Positions 1 to 13,014 of a stretch of DNA of 64,000 bases are shown here, in pieces. Under the pieces are notes generated by a model, which saw only the letters and a list, made by a program, of their open reading frames with translations, did no database searches and was not told where the DNA came from. The number at the start of each line of letters is the position of its first letter. The stretch's first letter is position 1. A program made the position numbers and the translations under genes. The DNA is taken from positions 146,198,001-146,262,000 of the forward strand of contig NC_058368.1 of the NCBI RefSeq assembly GCF_018350175.1. Direction: 5' to 3'. The DNA is from Felis catus (Eukaryota).

Positions 1-757
1 GCAAGTGGGACCATTCTGTCCTTACACAGCTCTCCATTTTCCAGCATACCTGCAGTAGTGCTTTAAGTGGTAATGATTATTATTTATCTAATACTGTCTG
101 TTGCAGTTTTTATGTTTGTAACCTAGTCTAAATGAACAAACCATTTTCAACTTGCACTGCACCCATTTTATGTTTAAAAGAATTTAAAATTAAGAAGTAT
201 TAATAAATAACAGAATTTCAATTACCAGAGTTCAGAGTCACTTCAGTGCCTCCATGCTTGACATGAAAGCCATTGCTTCAGCTTGGCTGAAATCAAATCC
301 TTGTATTTTCTTCATCCAAAAGAGAATTCTTTTCTCACATTTTCCTTGTCTCATGGCAAGTAAGGAAGAGACAGTTACCAAGGAGTCACTGTTATACGAG
401 CCATAATGCTCCAAGGCCATTTTCCTCTTAAGAATCATTTATATACTGTATTAATACTTTGTATAAAATGACTCAAGATTATTCATTAACAAGTTCAGCA
501 TGATGTTTTTCAACAAGAGCCTTTTAAGTGACTTAACTTACTTTTTATTAATGAATATTTCCACCTTTGAACTAAACACAAGCTTTAAGTGATGGTTTTG
601 TTCACAGGTTTTGTAATGAAAGCTAATCAATTTTAAAGTGGTATCTTATATACGGACACATCTTGTACGAAGAAGTGTAAACATTCATTATAATTAAATA
701 TGATAACTAAAAATTTTCGGTTTGGATCTTTTTACTCTAAATTCACAAGCAACTTCA

Positions 758-970
758 GGGGTGCCTGGGTGGCTCAGTCAGTTAAGCATCCTACTTCGGC
801 TCATTCAGGATCTCACAGTTCATGAGTTCAAACTCCAGGTCAGGCTCACTGCTGTCAGTGCAGAGCTCACTTGGCATCTTCTGTCTCCCTCTCTCTTTTC
901 TGCTCCCCCACTCTCACATGCTCACTCCATCTCTCTCTCAAAAATAAATAAACATTTTAAAAAAATAAAA
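758..970 (+). mobile_element. Can-SINE (SINEC, older felid/carnivore subfamily)
   Basis: GGGGTGCCTGGGTGGCTCAGTCAGTTAAG head, (CT)n stretch, AATAAA and A-rich tail; TSD TAAATTCACAAGC at 738-750 and 971-983. Confidence 0.95.
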
Positions 971-2341
971 TAAATTCACAAGCTCTGAGAAACTGCAGTT
1001 TGACAGCCACACAGAAAAGGCTGTTTGAAAAATAGCCTATGACAAAGCAGCTTCCAAACACAGAATTTCCCTAGAGTATTAAGAGGTGCACCAATGCTTT
1101 GTCAAATCACCAAGTCACAAAAACCTGTTAGTTTAATAGTCTGATAGATTCTATAGGGCTAAACCCTCTCTTTGAAAATGGCCAAAAAAGTGCTGAAAGT
1201 TAGCAAAAAAGGTTTCATTGCTGTCCTGGAACTTACAACATATGCTTCTTCACTCTGCACAATCTCACCCGCTAGCATTTTTACCTCCTGGTCTCCATGA
1301 AGCAAGAGAAGTCATGTGCTTTATCTCAGATACTTGTTCTGCTGGAAAAAGTCTTACTTTTAAAACAAGCTGAAGGAAGGCACCATAGGCTATCAATGCC
1401 TTTGTGACCAAGGTCCTCTACCAAGGAAGTGGACAATGTGTATCACTTCTGAAATTATTTATTTGCTCTTTCCCAGCTTTCCGTCTGGAACTACCATTTT
1501 CAAACAATCACCACAAATATATGAAGGGCAAAATTGGCAGGCTGTGTAAGTACTTATGCTTCAGAAAACTCTTTTATTCAAGGCAAGACTGGACTCCACA
1601 GGGACTCCACCATGGGCATATTTAGCATTGGCGTTTAGTCCCAGCTTACTCCTTCCTGCCTGAGTCTCTGAGCCACATATGCTTTAATCATTCCAGCCCA
1701 CTGATTCATTGAAAAATAAACACTGAGGTGATAATTAATTAGAAAGGCTGCATATTCCTCTCATACAACGAGTTAAGTGTTTCTTCCTGCCAGAAATTGG
1801 CTTTCAGAAAAGGAGGTGTGTAATGTCCTTGTGTTTTGTGTTTACATTGGTTCGTTTTTCATCAGATTCTCCAAGCTTTGATACCTGTGGCTTAATATTC
1901 ATAACATTTTGCTTGGATTTTCAACTTTATTCAAAACCCATATAACTTCCACAACCAGTTGAGACAAACCAGATGAAAGATTTCAACCACATCCACTCAC
2001 CAAACCAATTTGTTGCTGTTTTCTTAGGTTTCTGATTCCCCATCTGTGTGGCTTGGTTCGTGTGAGGCCTGATTCAGAAATGGGTGGGAAAATATTGCCT
2101 AACTGAAGGAGTGTTAATCATTTCCACTTAATAGAGGAAACATTTTTATGGCAACTTTACTGATGGAAGCTTTCCCCCAAGGCAAGAAACGATAACAAAG
2201 TCCCTCCTACCTGCCTGTCTCAAAAGAATTCTAATCTGTCTGGGAAGTAACCATCCCCAAGATATGTTTATTGGACACCCTTGGGGGCAGGGTGGGGGAG
2301 GATTTGGGCTGGTATTCCTTTGAAAGTAAGCCTCAGGTTAG

Positions 2342-2810
2342 GAAAGACTAAGCACTGAACTTGAACTCAGAGCTTCTGGGTTCCAGTTCTGGTCTGCCAT
2401 TTATCAGCTGTGACCTTGGAGAAGAACAGTTATCATTTATTGAATATCTCAAATTTGCCAAGTGTTTTACATTCATTTCTAACAATGTCAATAGTGCTAC
2501 AGCAATTATTAAACTTGCATTTTCTAGATTAAAGTGAAATAGGGCACCGAGAGGTTCAGTGACCTACTCAAGTACTAACTAACTCAAGTACTCATGTACT
2601 AATAGTAAGCTAGCAACTTGCTGAGCCAGGAACTAGCCCCCCAGGTTTTACTTTTCAGACTCTAAAGCCTCCTGCCATTTCACTATATTGTGACACGTAA
2701 TTTTCCTTTTCTGGGTTTTAGTTTTGATTTATTTTAATCTGAAAAACAAGATGATTGGGCAAAGCCTGAAAAAACTCCTTTGAACTTGGATACCCTATGA
2801 TCCTATAATT
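2342..2810. mobile_element. MIR relics: a plus-strand MIR interrupted by a minus-strand MIR (~2425-2695)
   Basis: MIR core motifs (CTGGGTTCCAGTTCTGGTCTGCCATTTATCAGCTGTGACCTTGG; reverse-core GAGAGGTTCAGTGACCT); boundaries approximate. Confidence 0.55.
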
Positions 2811-3826
2811 GAGTCTAAGCCTTAAACTTGTAGAGATTATAGTTTGGTTCAGTTCAGCCCAAACAATACACATATTTATAAAATAAAGTTGAGCAGCATT
2901 GGGTAGGAGGTGGTATGAGATTAAGGGTCTGGTATTAATCTGGGAAAGCTTCCGGCCTAAAGGGTTTTCATCTGGTAGAGGCAGGAAGAGACACGATGAG
3001 GGCTGGCAGATGGGAGAAGGCCAGCTCCAGCCTCAGAGGGTCTCTGGGAAAACACTGCTGGGGAGGATTCAAAGTGAGAGAGCATTAGCAGGTCTGGCTG
3101 GCTGAATGACAGACTCTCTGGATCAAGGCATCCATGCTGAGGAAAATGAAAACGGACCCTTCACTCAGTATTCTTTCCTCCTTGGGAATTCAATAAGCGT
3201 TATTGACTGGCCGAGGTGAACTGAACTGCAGAATTGCTTTGAAGCCCACAGTAACAAGCTATAATTGAGAAACTGTCAAGAAATTCAAATTCATGGAAAA
3301 CCAAGGAAGAATAATGTTTCCACGTTTCAGAGCTTGCCAAAATATAAAGTTTCCTTTCTGCTGTTAATTTCCTCCCTCTTCTAATTCATTTTGTAAAACT
3401 TTTCCATCAAGGAGAAGTCAATTTTGTAAATATGTGTAGTTAATATTTCGTATCTTACCTTTCAGAATCTTCAAAATGTTAGCAAATGTTAACAATTGTA
3501 ACGAGAAAGTATCTTGGAGGGAAAAGGGCACTAGTTGTAAATAATGCTCTATTCCCCCCCCCCCCCCCGATAAACAGGAGCACTATTAAGAAAGGAATTC
3601 TAATATCCACAGGATCACTAACTACAAAATAACCATAAATAAATGCAGGCTGGGAACAATAGCTGAACTCTTTATAGTAGTATTTCTAGTTCTTCCCCTC
3701 TAACACCGTATCAATGACCTTTTCCCCAGAGTGGCTTGAAAGATGCGATCTTTAAACCTGTAAAAACAGTCACATAAAGCTATGTGCCTAGTAACTTTTG
3801 CTAGTCACTTTACATGTATTATCTTT

Positions 3827-4045
3827 CATTGTATTTAAAGTTTATTTATTTTGAGAGAGAGAGAGAAAGAGAGAGTGCATGAATGTGAGTGGGTGGTGGG
3901 CAGAGAGAGAGGGAGAGACAGAATCCCAAGCAGGCTCCCTGCTGTCAGCACAGAGCCCCATAGGGGGCTCAAATCCACAAATTATGAGATCATGACCTGA
4001 GCAAAGCCAAGAAACAATTTCTTAACCTAGCCACCCAGGTGCTCC
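3827..4045 (-). mobile_element. Can-SINE (SINEC)
   Basis: Reverse SINE ending CCACCCAGGTGCTCC; TSD TACATGTATT(A/C)TCTTT at 3811-3826 and 4046-4061; appears to sit in a MIR relic. Confidence 0.95.
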
Positions 4046-4373
4046 TACATGTATTCTCTTTAAACCTCAAAGATTCTTTAAGATAGAGGAAATTTCAAGA
4101 TGAAGTGGTTCAGTAACATGCCCAAGGTGGCAAAGCCGGGATCTTTTTGACCTCAATCCCTTGCTATTTCCACTCTGCACCTCACAAAAGACGTGGATGG
4201 CCGAACAGGTGCCTGTATTTGCTCTCTAACAAAAAGTCATTTCACAGTATCTTTAGCCTGGTCCTTTACAGAATTATGTGAAATGTGCCATAAAGCACCA
4301 CTCCTCTTAAATATTTCCCTCCACTGTGTCCTGGAAGGGAATTTTCCATTTTGAAGTTAATGGCTAAAACTTT

Positions 4374-4583
4374 TTTTTAAATGTTTTATTTATTTTTTAG
4401 AGAGAGAAAGACAGAGTGTGAGTGGGGGAGGGGCAGAGAGAGAAGGAGACACAGAATCCAAAGCAGGCTCCAGGCTCTGAGCTGTCAGCACAGAGCCCAA
4501 TGTGGGGCTCGAACCCACGAACCATGAGATCATGACCTGAGCCAAAGTTGGACATTTACCCTACTGAGGCACCCAGGCTCCCC
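4374..4583 (-). mobile_element. Can-SINE (SINEC_Fc2-like)
   Basis: Reverse SINE; TSD TAATGG(C/A)TAAAACTTT at 4358-4373 and 4584-4599. Confidence 0.95.
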
Positions 4584-5886
4584 TAATGGATAAAACTTTA
4601 AAGAAGGAAAATAGGTATGAAGACATGTTTACCAGAAAGTTAAACTTACTTTTTAAATGGACTTGTGTTTAAAAATAAAGGCAAACCTTGGGATGAGTGA
4701 GATCCTCCTACATTCTCACGCAGATTAATAATAGCCTCATGAAAGGGGTGTGTAGGTACCGAGTCGCTCCTGGCAAATTCTATTTCTTCCAAAGATAAAC
4801 AATGACATGGGGAACCACTAAAATCAAACCCATCTGCATTTAAACATATATGCCTCTGTGAACATAAATGGGTATATCTGTCTAGTAAATATAGCATATA
4901 GTGTATTATTATACTCACATATAGTATATTACATTGTTTTCATATGGTGATTTTTTTAAGAGATAAAATTCATTTGCAATTTGACTTCTTAAGGAAAACC
5001 CAGTGATTTACAGTCCTCTAAGTCATCCAGACTAAGTAGGTATAAATACTAGTTTGCCCTTCTCAAAGGATCTATATAATATTTATCACAAGAAGTTCCC
5101 GGAGTGTATTTGTCAGTTAATTCATCTTAAGTAAAGGAACAAGAAGTCTCAAATCACAACAATGTTCAGAATAGTGTTCATTTTATCAAAGAAATATTAT
5201 AGATGCTACGGAGAAGGTAAACAGCAACCAAAGCTAAGAAAACAGAAAGTCAGCTGCATCACCATGAGGAAATGGAGAGAACATGAAGAACAATCTTCTT
5301 GATCCCCTGATTGCAATTCATTAGGGATTTTCACCTTCTGCATCTATGAGTCTCTGTGAAAGTTGTGTCTTTGTTCTTAAAACAGAAGTGAGGTGCAAAC
5401 ACTAGAAAAGAGACAGAGGTAAACAGATGTGGCTGGCCCATGAACTCAGGGCTAACTAGAAGTTTTCAAAGTCAAAACAAATGTGGAAACTAAGGAACAT
5501 TTTTGGTAAATGTCACCAACCTGACTGCCCCACAGGCCTTAACTACAAAGGACTTCACTACAAAATTGCCATGGAAGTGTTTTGAGTATTTGAAGATTGA
5601 GTAGATGTAGTCAGCAGGTAGTATTTGAATCAATAACACCCCCAAAATTATCACCCCAAAAGCACTCAAAAGGCTTCTTATTGTTTACATCAGAATTTTT
5701 TTTTTTATTCATGCACTTACTCTGGCAACTAAAATAGTCTTTTGTTCAAAGTAGAAAATAGACATTGTTTTATTGATTTCATGTCTTTATGATTCATATA
5801 TTATCTTCTTTTTATGGTACCACTAATAAACCCTGTATATTCCTTTTTTATAAATTCTTAAAAAAAGATAACATTTAATAAAGACA

Positions 5887-5887
5887 T

Positions 5888-5922
<35 letters not shown>

Positions 5923-6103
5923 TTTGTTTGTTTAGAGAGCACAGGAGGGGCAGAGAGAGGGAGAGAGAGAATCCCAAGCAGGCTCCACCCTGTCAGTGCA
6001 GAGCCCAATGCAGGGTTCAGTCTCATGACTCCAAACGTGAGATCATGATCTGAGCTGAAACCAAGAGTCAGATGCCTAACCGATTGAGCTACCCAGGTGC
6101 CCC
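5887..6103 (-). mobile_element. Can-SINE with (TTTA)n tail-derived microsatellite
   Basis: Reverse SINE ending ACCCAGGTGCCCC; (TTTA)n at ~5887-5925; short AAAGACA duplication on both flanks. Confidence 0.95.
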
Positions 6104-6855
6104 AAAGACAAATTTTAAATTTCTTGAGAAGCACATGGACTCTTTTTCAGTCCTTTCCAGTATAATATCTTCTGTTTCTTGCTTTTTTAAAAAACATGGC
6201 ACAAAATTGAGACTCAAGTTTGTTTTTTTTTTTTTCAAATTCCAAATTTAGTTAGAAAACCTTACCCAGTATATACAGTAATTGGATGTCAGTTTAGAGC
6301 CATTTTCCTGCAGACGACTGGCAGTATTGGTGTGAGACTTTGAAATTTTCTGGCACATCAAACACCTAGCACTTCCAGCCTTTCCTTTCAGGGGAAGAAC
6401 AATGCCCATGGAAATGTTTCACTATAATTTTATTATGGAAGTTAGTGATAAATGTTATTACTTTGTAAAAACTCAGGGAGGTACTTTATGTGCCTTGACC
6501 TATTGACTCACTCTTCTGAAAACTTTTAACATATATTGAGCTCATGTTTTAAAACATATGCTAACAAACAGGCTTGCCTAGTCACTGCAATGGATAATTT
6601 CTAGAATACAGAGCACATTCACAGAAGTAACTGCTGTGTCTGATATCTGAATTAATAATTAATCTTATGCATAGCATTTTCTTTGATTACAAAGTAAAAC
6701 CCAAACTTTCATTTTATCGTACTGTATTTAGCACCACACAATCAAGCCCATAATCTCTTCCTGTTATAAGCTTCAAAAATAAAACTCATTACATCTTCAT
6801 ATCAATGCATATAATATGTGTTAATTCCATCACTGTGACTTAAGTCCTGATTTCT

Positions 6856-7537
6856 TTCTTTTTTAAATTTTACTTCCAGTATACTTAACAGTGTTATATT
6901 AATTTAACATGTACAATATAGTGATTCAACAATTCTGTACATTACTCAGTGTTCATCATAATGAGAATGTACTCTTCATCTCCATCACCTATTTCACTCA
7001 TCTCCACACCCACCTCTTCTCTGGTAACCGTTTATTTGTTCTCTATAATTAGAATCTATTTTTTGGTTTGTCTTTTTTTTTAAACCCCTGTTTATTTGTT
7101 TTGTCTCTTAAATTCCACATATGATGAAATCATATGGTATTTGTCTTTCTCTGGCTTATTTTGCTTAGCACTATACTCTCTAGATTTATCCATGTTGTTG
7201 CAAATGGCAAGATTTCATTCTTTTTTATTAGGTGTCATGACATGGTACCTTTATTCATCTATCAATGGGCACTTGGGCTGTTTCCATAATTTGGCTATTA
7301 TAAATAATGCTGCAATAAACATAGGGGTACATGTATGACTTCAAATGAATATTTTCATATTACTTGGGTATGTACCCAGTAGTGTGATTACTGGATCATA
7401 GAGTAGCTGTATTTTTAGTTTTTTGAGGAAACTCCATACGGTTTTCCACAGTGGTGGCACCAACTTGCATTCCCACCAACAGTGCACAAGAGTTTATTTT
7501 TTTTCCACATCCTCGCCAACACCTGTTTTGTCTTGAA
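6856..7537 (-). mobile_element. 5'-truncated LINE-1 (carnivore L1 3' end)
   Basis: Antisense L1 ORF2 C-terminus/3'UTR sequence with T-rich tail at left; perfect TSD TAAGTCCTGATTTCT at 6841-6855 and 7538-7552. Confidence 0.93.
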
Positions 7538-9023
7538 TAAGTCCTGATTTCTAAACTGTGTTAGTATAAAACTAAAGCAAAAACAAATTGTATTAACCAG
7601 AATTCCTTTCAGGGAGGACATTGAAATTCTTCAGAAAGTAATTCGCAGACACTTGAGAGTAAAGGTAAAAATAAGACTGTTCTTCAAACTGTCTTGCCAG
7701 ACAAAGTGAAAAAATTTCCTGGTCATATCAGAGAGGTATAGACAGGAGTGGAATTAAAGGGTCATGAAAGGAGAAAAAAAGAGATGACGCAAACCTGCCA
7801 CTCCACAGTAAGACCCAATTCCCCTAAGATCTTCAATTTATTCCCTTGTTTACTTAGAAACTAAAACAGGTGGTAAGGACTGTAGGATTTAGTAGAGAGA
7901 TGAAGTAGACAGAAAGGAAAGTGGGCTGTAAATTTTAGGATTTGAGTCAAGTTTTACTAATAATTCAAGAGGAGAAAAGGCCCCAAATGGAAATGGGTTA
8001 CATAAGGTTTTTCCAGACCTTTCTGAACATAGCATAGTGACATTCTTGAACATACTAGTCCCATATAAGAAAAACTGTCTCTTGGGGGACAATATTTATT
8101 GCTGTTTGTCCTAGATGAAAAGTTTATATTAGCATTTTTTACTGAAAATTTTTATATCATATAGACTTACCTCTTATGCCTATAATTCTAAATATTCTTC
8201 TCATAGCTCAGTTGACTATGGACAAATAGAGGTATTCCAAGTGACCTTTTATGTACAGGTTTCAAAATAATATACCTCTCTCAAAATGAAAGTTGTCATG
8301 AATTACATATTTTCAAGATATAAAGATGAATTATAAATTATCTTTATGCTATTATCACATGACAGTCCTATTTTAGCTGATAAAATAGAAGTATTTGTCA
8401 CCCTTTTTGTGGGTGGGGGGGCGGTATGTCACCCTTTTTGATTCACATGGGAAAATTAGTCTTGAATTAGGCCCTTTATTCAAAGTGACCAGGAATACTT
8501 CTTTGGCAAAGACGATGATTTAAAGAAATTGAGAAAAATGTCATAGAGTAGTTGGCATGAGATACAGACCTTGATGACAGGACTATAATAGGCCAAAATG
8601 ATCATTTCAGAAAGAGGGAAGACATGAAGACAAAAATTCAGAGTATGTTTGGTGAGGAAGCTATGGCCTCATTCTTCTGGAGGGCCAGGTAAAGAAGTCA
8701 GCTTTAGGATCCAGCTCTTGGCATAAGTGTTGATGTCCTCATGATGGAACAGTGGTCAGGCTCCTGCAAGGAACTTTTTATGTGGTGGATGTTGACAAGT
8801 GGAAAGTAGAAAAGGAGAAGGTGGAGGATGCCAAATGTTGACTACAGCTGGCAAATGGGTGTGACTGAGCCCAAAATTACTAACGGATGACTGTTTCCAG
8901 TCTTCCTCATCCACTTACTGGCTCTGACAATTATGTACCATTTCTTTCTTTTCTCCACCTGTATTGGAGGGTCCTGCCTTGTCAGCTTCATTCTTTTGGT
9001 TCTCACAATCAAGAATGAAAAAT

Positions 9024-9864
9024 GAAAAGATGTTCAGCATCACTCATCGTCAGGAAAATACAAATCAAAACTGTGGTGGGATACCACCTGACACCTGTTA
9101 GAATGGCTAAAATTAACAACACAAAAAACAACAGATGATGGCAAGGATGTGGAGTAAGGGGAATGCTCTTATACTGCTGGTAGGAATACAAACTGGTGCA
9201 GCCACTCTGGAGAATAGTGTGGAGGTTCCTCAAGAAACTAAAAATAGAACTGCCCTATGATGCAGCATTTTCACTACTAAGTATTTACCCAAAGGTTCCA
9301 AAAATACAGATTCAAAGGGGCACATGCACCCTGATGTTTATAGCAACATTATCAACAATAGCCAAACTATGGAGAGAGCCCAAATGTCCATCGACAGATG
9401 AATGGATAAAGAAGTTGTATTATCTGTATACCTATATATCTACGTATCTATATGTCTATATCTATACACACACACACACACACACACAAAATGCAATATT
9501 ACTTAGCCATAAAAAAGAGTGAAATCTTGCTGTTTGAAACAATGTGGATGGAGCTACAGTGTATTATGCTAAGTGAAATAAGTCAGAAGAACAAATGCCA
9601 TATGATTTCACTCATATATGGAATTTAAGAAATGGAACAGATGAACATGGGAAAAAAGAGAGGCAAACCATAAAATAGACTCTTAACTATAGAGAACAAA
9701 CAGGGTTGGTGGAGGTAGGTGGGTGGGAGATGGGTATTAAGGAGGGCCCTTGTTGTGATGAGCATTATATGTAAGTGATGAATCACTAAATTCTCCTGAA
9801 ACTAATATTACACTATATGTAACTAATGAAAATTTAAATAAAAATTGAAACAAAAAAAGAAAAA
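9024..9864 (+). mobile_element. 5'-truncated LINE-1 (felid/carnivore L1 3' end)
   Basis: ORF 9196-9522 ([21 protein letters not shown]...PKCPSTDEWIKK) is the L1 ORF2 C-terminus; A-rich tail; TSD AAGAATGAAAAAT at 9011-9023 and 9865-9877; internal (CA)n ~9467-9488. Confidence 0.95.
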
Positions 9865-9934
9865 AAGAATGAAAAATAGACCAAACTGAAACAAAAACAA
9901 AAACAGCCAAAGGCAGAAGGCCCATGCCATTGTT

Positions 9935-10149
9935 TAAATTTTTTTAATGTTTTTATTTATTTTTGAGATGGAGAGAGACAGAGCATGAGCAGGGGAGGGG
10001 CAGAGAGAGGGGAAGACACGGAATCTGAAGCAGGCTCCAGGCTCTGAGCTGTCAGCACAGAGCCCAACGCGGGGCTCGAACTCATGGAATGTGGGGTCAT
10101 GACCTGAGCTGAAGTCAGATGCTTAACCGACTGAACCACCCAGGCGCCT
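9935..10149 (-). mobile_element. Can-SINE (SINEC_Fc2-like)
   Basis: Reverse SINE; perfect 20-bp TSD AGAAGGCCCATGCCATTGTT at 9915-9934 and 10150-10169. Confidence 0.97.
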
Positions 10150-10202
10150 AGAAGGCCCATGCCATTGTTATTGAAATGTAATTAAATGCAACAATCTTTG
10201 GG

Positions 10203-10207
10203 AAAAA

Positions 10208-10267
<60 letters not shown>
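10203..10267. repeat. Compound poly(A)+(AT)n microsatellite
   Basis: Directly visible. Confidence 0.97.
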
Positions 10268-10269
<2 letters not shown>

Positions 10270-10499
10270 AGCTGAAAACTTGTCTGCCTGCCTGCCTTAT
10301 ATTAAAACCAACACAAAGTTAGATCATCAGAACCGGAAGTTAAAGGGATATTCTCTACAGGCGGGTAGATGAGCACCATTGTAATTTGGACATAAATGTG
10401 ATTTATATTCATTGATTAGTGGGGTCACAGCTTTTAGGTTAGGCATAAATGACAGACTAGAGAGATTTCGCTTAATTAGACAAGGACTAGGGACGCTTT

Positions 10500-10920
10500 G
10501 GGACTCCTGAGCAAGGTGGTGAGGCGATTAGTATTCTTCTCTAGGAAGAATCATTTGATAGCTTTATTCATATACATGAAAGAAGACAAAAATAGAAGAC
10601 AAGTGAAATCATGTAGGAGGCATTGCAACATGCCAGGTGAAAAATAGTGAGGAGGAATACTAAAAGGAGAGAGTGAGGGTAGAAAAGAGAAGATGCCAAG
10701 ATATTTGGAAAGCAGAATCAACAGAACCATTGGGAGAAGCAAAGGAAAAGAGTTGGCAATTTGATGTTTGAGGTCTCAGAAATGGAAGTGATGGAAGTGC
10801 CATTAGCAGAAGACAGGATGCCAGAGGAAGAGCTGACTTCAGGGTAGAAACAATAAGTTCAATTTTACATGAGTTGGTTTTGATGTGCAGGTGGAACATC
10901 TGGGTTGTCATGTGGACAAC
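10500..10920 (-). mobile_element. LINE-2 relic
   Basis: Purine-rich L2-type text; minus ORF 10660-10911 (HLHIKTNSCKIELIV) resembles the L2 'HLKLNMSKTEL' region. Confidence 0.65.
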
Positions 10921-11778
10921 CGGAAAGGTCTTTCTAAGAGGGACGGTCTCTGTCAGTCTTGTTCATCTTTCACATGATATCTCTGAAGCCTAGTATATAA
11001 GTAATCAACAAACAAGGCTAGATGAACAAAAAATGAATGTTAGGTCCCCTCAAGTCTCTGAATTCTAATGACATGTCATTGCAATTATTTCATGCTTCTT
11101 TATCTTTATTTATAAATTCTGAGTTTTACATGTACATCTTAGAACTCCATGGCCATGTGCTTGGTATACATTGAGCCCTCATACATGTTTGTGGAATTGT
11201 TAAGAGATACTCTTTTAGTTTATATACCACACTATTCACAATCCTCAAATAAGGTATAGCTCATGAAATGTCATTTACATTCAAATAAGATATAGCTGTT
11301 TTAAATTCAAATAAGATATGCTCATGAAATGTCATTTTAACACAAATAAATAAAAATATACCCATAAAATTTATTTTAAAGAAAGTGACGGTAGTATATC
11401 ATAGGTTTTTCCCATTACTTTGGGAATAACTAGAGGAATTTCAACATTTAGTAATTCTGTTTGGGCTAATAACCTACTTGCAGTTGTCAAAAATTATATT
11501 TTCTTTCAATTACAAAAAAGCTGGAAAACACCTTTCGGAAACAATTGGAAATGATTGTTTAAAAGGTAAACTTTTTTTTTTAATTTTGTGAATGGTTGGG
11601 GCTTCCCCATCCTCACCAGCAACACATGACTCACTTTTGTCCCCAGCACACGCTTTCAGAACAAATACAGACCACAAAACTGAGTATCTCACAAGGCTCC
11701 TGTGATACAAACTCTTCCCAAGTTCCTCTCTCTACCCCTGCAATATGGAGGAGCTTCATAAGGAACACAGTGTTTCTT

Positions 11779-11999
11779 GGGGTGTCTGGGTGGCTCAGTC
11801 ATTTTAGTTTCCGACTTCAGCTAAGGTCATAATCTTGCGGTACATGAGTTTGACCCTCAAATCAGGCTCTGTGCTGACAGCTCAGAACCTGGAACCCGCT
11901 TCAGATTCTGTGTCTCCCTCTCCTCTGCCCCTCCCCCATTTAGGCTCTGTCTCTTTCTCCTTCAAAAATAAATAAGCATTAAAAATTTAAAAAAAAAAC
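11779..11999 (+). mobile_element. Can-SINE (SINEC_Fc2-like)
   Basis: SINE head, CT stretch, A tail; TSD ACACAGTGTTTC at 11765-11776 and 12000-12011. Confidence 0.96.
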
Positions 12000-12070
12000 A
12001 CACAGTGTTTCCATTTGGGGCAAACTTCTCATCCCATACTCTATGTCTGACAATACATGAGCATTGTATA

Positions 12071-12574
12071 CAGACAATCCCCAAGTTACGATGGTTCAAC
12101 TTAACAATTCTTTTGCTTTACGATGGTGTGAAAGTGATATGCATTCAGTAGAAATCATGCTTAGAGTTTTGAATTTTGATCTTTTGCTGGGCTATCGAGA
12201 TGTGGTACAATACTCCCTTGTGATGCTGGGCAGAGGCAGTGAGTTGTAGCTCCCAGTTAGCCATGTGACCATAAGGGTAACAATCAGTACACTTGTAATC
12301 ATTCTGTACCCATACAACTATCTGTTGTTCACTTTCTACAGTATTCAATATCTACATGAGATATCCAACATTTTATTATAAAATAAACTTTGTGTTAGAT
12401 TATTTTGCCCAACTGTAGGGTAATGTAAGTGTTCTAAGCAGTTTTAAGGGAAAGTTGAGCTAAGCTATGATATTTGGTAGTATCGGTATATTAAATGCAT
12501 TTGTGACTTACAATATTTTCAATTTATGATGGATTTACCAGGATGTAACCCCATCATAGGTCAAGGAAGATCTG
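12071..12574 (-). mobile_element. MER47/Tigger5-family non-autonomous TcMar DNA transposon
   Basis: TA TSDs at 12069-12070 and 12575-12576; degenerate terminal inverted repeats (CAGACAATCCCCAAGTTACGATGG / CCATCATAGGTCAAGGAAGATCTG); internal text matches recalled MER47 consensus. Confidence 0.88.
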
Positions 12575-12951
12575 TATAATATATTTATATGGAAAGGGTC
12601 TCTTCGGTCATTATGGATCATTTACTGGAGATGTTCTTCCCTCATAAGCATGGTTTAATAGTAAAATATAAAATTAAAAGTTTTAGTTTGCAGTGATTTT
12701 TCACCCTTTGGGCTGAGATAGCTTTAAAAAAAAGGCAAACGTTGAAAACATCTGGAGTTGAGTTCAGAAATTAGAACCAGATATGCTCCCTTATCCGTTT
12801 TTTTCAGTTCATATGATTAGCCTGCCAGAATGGTGAAGGGAAAAGTTTACTAATTTATTTTTGTTTTGTTTTTGAAGAAATAATAGAAATATTTTAATGC
12901 TGAAAGTGGTTATGAGTCTTTTTTCAAAAAAACACCTGAAATAGTTATCCA

Positions 12952-12954
<3 letters not shown>

Positions 12955-13009
<55 letters not shown>
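12955..13009. repeat. (AT)n microsatellite
   Basis: Directly visible. Confidence 0.98.

Positions 13010-13014
<5 letters not shown>

Noticed and set aside
8490..9005. Purine-rich segment that looked like a processed pseudogene
   Set aside because: Short open stretches only, no recognisable protein, and no poly(A) or TSD of its own. It may be an old repeat; blastx would decide.
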